A stretch of DNA of 62,396 bases, filler included, from Collodictyon triciliatum (taxonomy: Eukaryota), in the NCBI GenBank assembly GCA_043381765.1. It is 13 parts of 13 records of this genome, joined end to end, with 100 filler letters (N's around TTAATTAATTAA, not from the genome) between each part and the next. Parts side by side here need not be neighbours in the genome. Positions count along the whole stretch, not along the records: positions 49,884 to 54,784 come from JBHJMP010005681.1; positions 54,885 to 59,767 come from JBHJMP010005682.1; positions 59,868 to 62,396 come from JBHJMP010005748.1; 10 more parts are not named here. The stretch is one strand, 5' to 3'. Under the pieces are notes generated by a model that searched no databases, was not told where the DNA came from, and worked only from the letters and a program-made list of their open reading frames with translations. Positions 52,398 to 62,396 of this stretch are shown here, one piece after another; positions within the stretch are counted from its first letter, which is position 1, and every line of letters begins with the position of its first letter. Position numbers and translations under genes: made by a program.

Positions 52398-54884
52398 ATA
52401 ATATCATTTTGCAATAAATCCCAGGGTGATTACGCGCAATAACTCGGCATCATTCATCCTCCTTCATAATCAATCTCGCTTCGAGGAACTGATGCTCCAT
52501 CAATCATTCAAACATGATAAACTGCGATAAAGGTAATGCGGCCCACAAAACGCCTCTTGAAAAACGATGACTGTGTTGTACACCTTCGAGAAAAGTCATA
52601 ACCAGTTTTCTGCTCTACTAATCTCTTGGGAAAGAAAAAGGCAGCCAACCGCAGAGTATGATGGAAGTACGGAGCTACTGTCGAAAGGATGTGACTCTTT
52701 TATCGGTGAATCCTGATTGCAACCTCGGACTCTTATATCATCAGAAGAAAAAGGGAAGAAATGAAGCTGTTTTTATAAAGACTGCGCCCTCCTATCTCGC
52801 AACTTATAATTATATTCATTTGTTAGACATGGCATCAGAAAGATGCATATTTATTGAACAGCTGAGTTTGGACAGAGCTGCAAGATGTATTGTATCCCTG
52901 TAAAAGGCGTATTCTTTACAATCAAATGCAAGCGAATGAAACCTTCGGCAGAATCATGAGTAACAAAGCCTTTTTTTTTCTTTTTTTTTTTAAGGAGGAC
53001 GGAGAAAAATAATCCTTTCTGTTTGGGATTGGCAAAATAACTTTCTTGCAGATACTCCAAAGATGCTGACATCCAGACTTTTCCTTCCAATACAATACAA
53101 GTTCAATTGCACAAGAGACCTATTCGCACCAATAAAGGGAAAGAAAGAAGAAAAAGGGAAAAAAGAGACACCATTCTCGTAAAAAAAATAATCGCATTTG
53201 TAGGATTCTTGCATGACATTCAGCTCCAATAAACCCACTACCGACTCTAAAACCAATTAAGTGTTACGGATGACATGGGCGAATAATCGAATATTATCAT
53301 CAAACATGTCGCTTCGCTGACAACAGCCAGCACAAAGAGACAGAATCGGTACCGAACCTCTTTTTTTCGAAGATATCAGGATAGCCTTGCAATCACCCAA
53401 GATGTTGAAGCCTTCTTTTCACACCAACCGGATTTCATCAGTTTGATTATGTGATGTTGTGATGAATGATAATTTGTAAGTCTCGCATTAGATTTAAAAC
53501 AGTGTCTGACGATAGTAACATAACATGCAGCAATACAACCTCGTGGGCTCATTCAGATATGGTCGCTTCCATCAACTTATTTCTGCTGGCGTCGTTTGCC
53601 TACGAGTCAGACTTAAACTCAACCCATCTGCTGCTTATCCAACGCACTTCAATCGGTCTATCTTATGGCTCAATCTATTGATGTTTTTCCAAGCCAAGAA
53701 GGTAGCAAAAGAGAGGAAACTAACTGTAGGGGAAGGTTTTGTGTGAGTGCTTGATTTATCCACTTGTTGCTGGCTGCAAAATAAATTTTATTTCATGAGG
53801 AAATGGCAAGATATCTGAAAAATTAATGTCAGAATATGATTTTGAAAGACGGTCGAGGACAGGCAGTTATCCCAATAAAAAAAAACTTTCTAGTTAAATA
53901 TAGACACCCTTTTAAAATAACAATAACCGAAAGTACATATATCAACCCGAGCATCACCATCTATTAGAACAGTTTGTCCGCCGTTGGGTATCTTATCTTA
54001 CATAGACAGAGTTCCCAATCAAAGAGAAGACCTAATCCAGGGAGTTCGATTCTTTAAATTGTATTGCTAATTATATTTCTTTGTTTTGAAATTCGTGCGG
54101 TTCAGCAAATACAACTCAAAGGAATTTGATAGAATTGTGAAAGTAAATATCGTATATGTGAGTATTACAAATTATTATTAAAAAAGAATGATGGTAGAGA
54201 ACGTGTCCATTTTGAATAGCACGAACTCTTGGGCGTACTGCAACAGAAGTCGAGGTAGGACGTTCTCTATTGTATGGACTATGTAGAGCAATATGCAAGG
54301 AACTGATGATGTGGTCTACAAGATTACGTTGACATATTTGATGTTTATCATTACTAGCATTATATATATATAGTTGAAAGATGTGCTTCTGGAAACAAAA
54401 CTAAGTAAAATAAAGAGGCTGTCATTTCATGCCTACTCTTTTTTGATAGGAGATGACAGGGAGTTAAATAGAATAATTTTAAATGATTTATGAAAATAGC
54501 CTATAATTCGCACTATTTTTTCTTAATTTTAATACTTCGAGGTCTATAAAAAATCATATTAAAACAAACCCTTTAGCCATTAATACACTTTTATCTACGC
54601 TGTTTGGCCTACCGCTATTTCGAGAATATTTAATGAGGATTTGTTTTGATGGTGTTATTGCCACATCCTTTCAATAGTATTAAGACAGGACAGAAAAAGA
54701 AAGTAAATTATAGAAAACTCAGACTCAAAAACTAATTAAAAATTATGCGTAAATTTCTGTTGTTTTGTTGTTTTGTTTTTTTGTNNNNNNNNNNNNNNNN
54801 NNNNNNNNNNNNNNNNNNNNNNNNNNNNTTAATTAATTAANNNNNNNNNNNNNNNNNNNNNNNNNNNNNNNNNNNNNNNNNNNN

Positions 54885-56520
54885 CGTCCCCAATTGTGGT
54901 ATTTGAATCCCATGACATGACTTTTGCATGGAGCCGATGAAGTAGCATTTTGTTCATGTTCAAGATTTCAGGGAGACTGAGGAAAATGCGAGGACATTCT
55001 TTCTCCAGCACAGGGTCTTCTTGCATTGGTATTTTATATTCCTATTTAAAAAAATATGCAAAAGTTCAAAATTAGGAATCCGGATGTTAGTCTCTCATCT
55101 TCTGGAACTTATTTCTCATTTTTGCATCGATACATAATTTAATGAGCGACTTTTTCTGTAAATTTGGTGATGTTAATATATTACTCGCCCAAACATCATG
55201 ACAAAATGATAAAAGTAATAATCAATAGTCCTAATAGGGTAAAAAAGGAATATAATTGAATCTAACGTTTATGAGAAATGTGAGATTTCTGACGTAGCTT
55301 TGCTCCGTTGTAAATAATTCTCTAACCACATAATCACGACGAGTGGTGAACTTGGATGGGTCAGGGGTGTCGGAAAAGATGTCTTCAAATTCTTGTATCT
55401 TGGTGAGGGCACTGAATTCTAAATACAATTTTATCTGAAGGTTACTTTGCGCATCATGAAATGGCTCTTTTATGAAATCTGATCATAGCACGAAAAGAAC
55501 AAAGTAGCAAATACCTGTAAAATCGGTCTTTTTTTATTGGTCCCATTTACAATCGAATAGAATAAGAGAAATAGTGAGTATTTATGCCTTTTGCAACCGA
55601 CACTATGTTCAAATCGACTCGCATATTTTTCCTTATAGAAAAGATGAGAACATAAGATAATGTTTGAACTCTTACCACAGGTTGAAACAAAGTCTGGGAG
55701 TGCGGATTCTGCCCTCTTGGTGACAACAACGCAGATTGCGATCTTGCCTTAACCATTGGGGGTGGGTCCGGCCTGCAAGTGGTGGCCGTTGTATTTAGGG
55801 CTGAACCAGAAACTCCATCATCTTCTTCCTCAGCAGTGGCATCCAATTCGTTTTCATGAAGTAAATCCTCCGTCGAAAAGGAGTCGGCAATTGACTGCTT
55901 TCTCTGATTACGGTACAGAATTTGGTGCATGCGTAAGAAATATAATATGTAACGTATACTAACAGTCAATATGTGATGAAATGATTGGAAAGTGGTATGT
56001 GAACGGAAGGGAAACAAAAGTGACATGTCAAATCCGTAAATAATCTTTATGTAAATGTATGCAAACATGTCCAATAGAATTCGAATCGGCAAGTGATTGA
56101 ATCAGGGATGTTTTTGACAAAGAGAAGCTTGTTTCGCTAATATGGACACATTAGATATTAGCCCATCAACCAAGCACAAGTCTTACAAAGGCAGAAAAGG
56201 AAGGGGAAATTATAAGAGAGTTTTGGTGATAAAGTAATCAATAGGCGAGCCAAATAAAAGAAACGCTCAGTAATCCTTTATCTCAGTTACATACACGGTC
56301 TCTGCCTCAACATCATGGAAATCTGCAAGGTGGCCGCAGTCGATGCAGCTGAGAGTAAACTTGAATCGATGGACGTTGTAGCGAGTGCATGAACATCCTT
56401 CGTAGCGACATCGGAACGACTTTTGTGACGCAATCTCCATGACTCAGGGACTGTTCTAATTCTTTCGACTTGCACACTCCGGCCTATGACTACAGACTTT
56501 AAGCCTACAACTTCTTCAAC
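54885..56520 (-). CDS. Rho guanine-nucleotide exchange factor (DH domain), 3'-truncated
   Basis: RRDYVVRELFTTEQSYVRNLTFL and IFLSLPEILNMNKMLLHRL...IGD are canonical DH-domain motifs. Confidence 0.8.
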
Positions 56521-56574
56521 AGAGCACCGAAGAAAAGAGACCACGCAGCTTTGAGGGAACACAGAACACAGAAC

Positions 56575-56807
56575 ACAGGACAGGACAGGACAGGACAGGA
56601 CAGGACAGGACAGGAAAGAAAGAAAAGAAAGGAAGAAACGAAAGAAAAAAGAAAGAAATCAAAGAAAAAAAAAAGAAAGAAAGAAAAGAAAGAAAAAAGA
56701 AAGAAAGAAAGAAAGAAAAGAAAGAAAGAAAAGAAAGAAAAGAAAGAAAAGAAAGAAAAGAAAGAAAAGAAAGAAAAGAAAGAAAAGAAAGAAAAGAAAG
56801 AAAAGAA

Positions 56808-56871
<64 letters not shown>

Positions 56872-56945
56872 AGGAAAGAGAGAAAGAAAGAAAGAAAAGG
56901 AAAAAGAAAGAAAAACAAGAAAAAAAAGGAAAAAAGAAAGCAAAA
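56575..56945. repeat. (CAGGA)n plus polypurine (AAAG)n-type low-complexity tract
   Basis: Direct reading. Confidence 0.9.
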
Positions 56946-57460
56946 AAGGCACAGATCCCTTTCAGTCCGAGTTAAAGAAAGAAACATAATAAAGATTGGG
57001 TGTGTTGCATATTTGGGTCCTCTTCCACGGGACTGACTCGCACGTCTCCACCTCGTATACCGCGGCGAAAGAAAGGAAAGAGCGTATAGAAAGCCGGCGG
57101 TCTCGCAAACAGCACATGCGAAAGGGCTGTCTGGACTTCCCACAAACCCAAAACGCAGGGATGAGCGCGATCGCCCAGAAACATCGACATCCACATTTGG
57201 TATGCACTCTTATGTATTGTACCCACGCGACCATGCTTTGTGGGGATGCAGCGAAGAAGGGCAAGTGTCTTTGGGATTCTTCGCGCTCCTTTTATTCGGT
57301 CAGCATGGGCCTTGACATCGATAAGGGAGACGAAGGGACAAGAATATTAAAGAAAAAAACAAAAAAAGAAGCAAAAGCAAAAGCAAAAGCAAAAGCAAAA
57401 CACAAAAAACAAAAAACAAAATTGAAAGAAAACATTGCTAAACAGAACGCCGTCTCATGG

Positions 57461-59308
57461 TCACGAATCCGGTTCCCACAAAACAGGGTGTTTGGACATC
57501 CTACGGCGCACCCCATCCGCGAAGCGCAGGATGTTGTTTTTGTCATCGGGAATGGGCTTGGTAAAATGCAGGCTTCTCATCCACTCCTTCTTAAGCAGCG
57601 AGTCGGTCCACTTTGAGATTCTGGCGGCAGTGTCGCCTTTCCTCCTGTCGGTAAACTCTTCCCAGGAGCGGAAGCGGTAGTGAAACGTCATAAAGTCCTC
57701 GTCTGTAGTCACGTTCTTGCTGCGGGGACGGACGCCAAGATCGGCCTTCAGGCGGGGGAAGTGTGGCCCGTAAGTCTGCACCCCAGCAACATACAGTGGC
57801 TGGAAGGTGGACTTGGGCAGGACGAAAAAGGATTTTGTCAGGTTGCGGCATTGCTCCATAGTCAGCTCGCCCGGTCGCTTTGCCTTTTCGCCGCACGACC
57901 CAAACGTCAGCCACGTGGCGTGCAGAATCGGGTGCGGCTCATACTTTGCCTTGAGTATGTCGCGTATGTTTGAGTGCTGCGGAGACGGCACCATAAACTC
58001 GTCCACGTCAAAGATCGACATCCACTTCGTGGACGGCCCAAAACGCAGGATGCAGTCCGTGCAGGCCTCCGTCTGCGCATGGCGATGGGCCCAGGTCACC
58101 CGGACCACGTTTTTCTGGTAGATCTTCAATATCTCCTCCATCAGCGGGTCCGGGTCGTCGTTGTTGTCGTACAGAACCATGCGCTCATACCCCATCATCA
58201 GGTGGAACTCGATCCACTCCTGCAGATTCTTGCCTTCCTTCTTGACGATCGCGCATATGGTCATATACACGGTCGGCAGCTTGGCGGGATAGTCGATCTG
58301 GTATTGGTACGGCTCGCTGTAAATATCGTGGTCATATGTCAGGCGGATGATGGGCTGCTCCCCAACCCGCGAGGGCTTTGGGCAGAAGGTGAAGGACATG
58401 TCTCCGGGCAGCGCTTGAAAGCGCTCGATCTCGCCATAGCCATACTCGTAGAAACAGTACAGGGTATTGCACCCATCGGGCTGGATGATGCTTGGGGTAA
58501 AGAATGTGATAATCTGAATGTAATTCGGGTTTTCCGTTTCATATATCCCTTTGATGGTGAAAGGGCGCTCCACCTGAATCTGAAGGTTGTAATACTTTGT
58601 CTGGTATGTATAGTCGTAGACATGTGCTTTCAAGACCCATTCACTCCACCCGTGCTCCTCGCAGTCCAGTAGGGTGGGAGGTGGGCAGACGAGCTGTTGA
58701 TCGTTCAAGCATATGCCTTTTGACGTAAAGGTGAATCGGTCAAAGATAGCAATATCGTAATGTAAGGGCCATTGTGAAACATAGACACATGGTGCATTAG
58801 GGATGCATTTGATGTCCGCCGGCAGCTGAACTACTTGCGAGCCTCTGTCAGTGCAGTGTCGGACGCACGAAACTGGCTTTGCGTAGAGCCGGTTCACACG
58901 CTCGGCGAAGGACAGCTTAAGGATGTGACTAGTCAGGCCATCTGAAAGCTGAGACGTGTCCTGGCAGAAAGGAAGGTCTGTCTCTATGGAAGCCGGGGTT
59001 GGTGCGTTTTTTTTTTTAAAAAAAAAAATAACAATTGAGATGCTGGTCATAATGTAGAGACCAGGCCTTGGTCTTTCCCGTTTAAATCGAGTAGATAAGC
59101 ATGAATTAAACCAGGGTTGAATGAAAGGGAAATAAAGAGATCTCTAAAGTAGCCTACCAGGAACCATGTTTGTTGTCAGCGGGGGTGTAGGCCGAATGGA
59201 GTGGGCGATAAACCAGGTCACATTCAGAACAACAACAATCACCAATATGGACCGCATCCAACCGGACGAAGTCAATGGCGCCAGAGATCCAAAGAGGTTC
59301 TGCTGCAT
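57461..59308 (-). CDS. Type II membrane glycosyltransferase, GT92/GT2-like
   Basis: Exon 1 59308-59158 encodes a TM anchor (ILVIVVVLNVTWFI) and splices in phase 1 to 58983. Motifs ICAIVKKEGKNLQEWIEFH..G...LYDN and DxD motif FDVDEF. Confidence 0.8.
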
Positions 59309-59670
59309 CGCTCAAAGCTGTTCCAAAGTTACTATGCCTGGATCCCCTTGTGGAGAATGTGAATACCTTAGAGTCTCTTCGGCCTTTCGAAGCTACTTTG
59401 TGGCTTTTGGTTGTCGTTGTTTGTTTTTGTTTTTTTTTTGAGTTCACTCCACCGGAGATCCGTGCGCGCTGTATTTGTATCAGCCATAAATGTAGGGACA
59501 TAAACAAAGAAAAAAATAGGGGATGAGAAAAGAGAAAAGAGGAAGATAAAAAGAAAACAAAAACAAGAAAGCAGAAAAGAAAAGGAGAAAGAGGAGAAAA
59601 GAAAGGAGAAAAGAAAGGAGAAAAGAAAGGAGAAAAGAAAGGAGAAAAGAAAGGAGAAAAGAAAGGAGAA

Positions 59671-59766
<96 letters not shown>

Positions 59767-62396
59767 ANNNNNNNNNNNNNNNNNNNNNNNNNNNNNNNNN
59801 NNNNNNNNNNNTTAATTAATTAANNNNNNNNNNNNNNNNNNNNNNNNNNNNNNNNNNNNNNNNNNNNTTTTATTGTTTTTTTATTGTTTTTTTATTGTTT
59901 TTTTATTGTTTTTTTATTGTTTTTTTATTGTTTTTATTCGACTCTGCTGAATTCATAAATATTACTCTAAATCATCGCTCTATGGCTATTAAAATAGCAC
60001 ATTCAGACTTATGGATACGTAGAGTCTTGAAAAAACTATTCAGTATCCTTCAAGAATAAAGTCCCCCGAAGAATGGGGACAACTCTATTGAGCACAAACA
60101 TCTATATGAATTATCATCCCAAATCTATGTGACACCAGGGCGAGACTATGCGATGCACTCTCGTGATTAATACTGCTTTCAGCTTATTCAAGAGATATTT
60201 GGACCCAGCATAAACGGTATCCAGAAACAAAAGCACTATGTGGAGCCATGTTGGTTTTTTTTTTCCATAAAGTCAATGAATGACTCATGCGTCTCCAACC
60301 CAACTTCTACAATCATACACCATATTTGATGGCGATACGCTAAATTACATCAAGTAGACATTTAATCTTAATTGCTCTCTTGCTATCTTTATATGTTTAC
60401 ACAATCATGGCAAGTGGCAATTAGGGAACGCGAGGCAAATGAATGCTTGATTTCCAAATAGATTCACCATTATTTACCCTTATATCCCGTCAATATGTCG
60501 TCTCACTCGCCCAAAATCCAATCGCCTCCGCTATTTCTCAATCGTCTTTTCTCTTCAATCATCAGGCACAAACCATCTACCATCTGTAATGCGCACAATT
60601 GCCTCTTTTTTGTAACAGTATTGATGAGGATAGGGCTGTTTTAATTAAAGATAGAAGTCATGCAATATTGTTGCATCTAATCTACATATGATACGATACT
60701 CCACTCGCGTGCTTTTGTGAATAACAAAGAGTGGCAACATTAATTGAGTGCAGTAAGCGTTCGAGATTATGAAAAGCATGAAAGGAAATATTACGCTAGG
60801 TATATATAATACGTTTCTCAGTATTCGATTTCCTTAAATTTTAATAATACATTAATTATATTTTCCAATTTATAATATTTCCATATTTGATTATTTTGAT
60901 TTTCTACGAGAATTCTTAGAATATATCTAAAATAAGATACTAAAATTTATAATTCAGTAAATAAGAACCAATGTGAAGAAAGTTTTGTTTTTTCCTAATT
61001 AGGGTGATAAATTAGCCACAATTATCGAACCATTCAAAGAAATACAGCAAATTCGAACAAAAGACACTCCAGCTTTTAGATAACTAGCGCTATTTTAACC
61101 AACGTTGCTGTTCTGTTTCGGGTCATTAGCTATTTTTACTATCGTCATAGCTCTCAGTAGCCCAAATTTCTTGGACTTGTGGGTTGTTCTTGATTAGCGC
61201 ATGTGGTAGATGTGTGCATTCTGAATACCGAACATGCTGCGTAACTCTGTGGAATCGGTACGTATAATAAGAATGTTACATGCAATCAAATAATTGCACC
61301 AGAGAATATATAAATCGAACAATAATAATATCAAAAAATTATTATCTATATAATATCCGCTTTTGTATATTAGGGATTATTTCTATTTATGGAATTATTT
61401 GGATGCATTTGCTTCAATCCAATCTGCTTTTGTTCATATTTACGCATTATGAAAGAGTTTTTTTTGCCTTTCCTCTTACTGTTATATTAACAAGGAAGCA
61501 AAGCTGCAGAGTTTCTGTCAGAATAATTATTATGCTGCGTATGCCTCAGGGATGTATGGGCAATAAGGACAGAAATCAACAATAGACTGAGCAGAAGCCT
61601 CAAAACCCGCAAATTATAACAAATGGAATGAGAGATGGTTGAGAAATGCCGAGCTTACGACTGTCTGGTCTCCTCCATATTAGTTCAGCTTGCTCGAGGA
61701 GGATGTTGAACTCTAAGAATAAGAGTTCTCACATGCAACCAACTCGCTATCACCGTTTTCTTCCCAGTGCTAGTCTCTCCACAGTAGTGTCTTCCGCCCG
61801 CGTTTGCTCTTTACAATACGCACTTAACACGCTCCTTTGTGTGGCATAACCTCGCCACGCTTTGACTAGGGATAAGGAAAAAGTATAGGTAAAGTTTTAT
61901 TTTTTAATTCCAATGTAGAAACATAACTGATATCAATTTGATTATCATTTTTTTCCTTTATTCGATTCTAAGAATTCCGATTATCATTTAAGTTGATATT
62001 GTATATTTATTATCCACTTTTGTATAATTGACACCAATTTGGTGACTTCCCATTCTGTGAAGCGTATTTCAGTTACGTGCGCCACAGGCTCGCGGAGGAA
62101 TCAGGTTTTTTCTCCGACACAACATATTAGCAATCTAGAAAAAGCTACTTCTATTCAGGATAAAAAAAAGCGGAGTACAAATTCTTTTGTGTTTTCTTTA
62201 TTCAGTTGTGGGGTGCGATAGGGGTGTGCGTGGGGATGGGGACAGAGATCAGCAAGGGGTCAGGCGAATGCTACATAACCCATGAAATGAACGAGGGAGT
62301 GGGGGGGGGGGGGGGGGGAAGGTTGGGGCGGGGGCCTTTTGGGAGAAATGCCGGCCCCGCCCTGGGGGGCATTTTTTTTACCCTTGCCAAACATTT

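Noticed and set aside
52420-53750. Coding-like patches downstream of the NHL pseudogene
   Set aside because: Stops occur in the frames examined and there is no recognisable motif.
57680-58672. Plus-strand ORFs overlapping the glycosyltransferase
   Set aside because: They are antisense shadows of a GC-rich coding exon with no recognisable motifs.
1-62396. Treating the Fanzor, WD40 protein, kinase and E2-RING as one gene cluster
   Set aside because: They lie on different concatenated contigs, so there is no evidence of physical linkage.
59868-62396. Short ORFs and possible exon remnants in the last contig
   Set aside because: No consistent exon chain or motif could be built.

Overview
This is eukaryotic DNA: AT-rich, intron-rich, with GT-AG introns and many microsatellites. 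It probably comes from a protist; a SHIPPO/ODF3-repeat gene suggests a flagellated stage, and the TKL kinases and RhoGEF give an amoebozoan-like repertoire (inference). The window is not one locus. It is 13 separate contigs, mostly ~4.9 kb, joined by artificial N44-TTAATTAATTAA-N44 linkers, so neighbourhood across linkers means nothing. Recognisable genes: DIPP-type Nudix hydrolase, a disrupted cytochrome P450, a TAF1C/Rrn6-like gene, multi-PH, SHIPPO-repeat, ARM-repeat, EF-hand, RhoGEF and GT92-like genes, TKL-kinase and B-box/NHL pseudogenes, and three non-LTR retrotransposon 3' fragments. Four things stand out. (1) A full-length but decayed Fanzor1 (eukaryotic TnpB-like RNA-guided nuclease) with all three RuvC acidic residues, a probable intron and a hairpin-rich candidate omegaRNA region. 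(2) A receptor-like kinase whose ectodomain is tandem prokaryote-type glucodextranase-C/DOMON-like repeats. (3) A secreted 7-repeat WD40 propeller with near-identical repeats that vary mainly at HET-E-like positions, on a Cys-rich stalk. (4) An apparent UBE2J1-type E2 fused to a RING-H2. Exon models were assembled by eye and no database searches were run.
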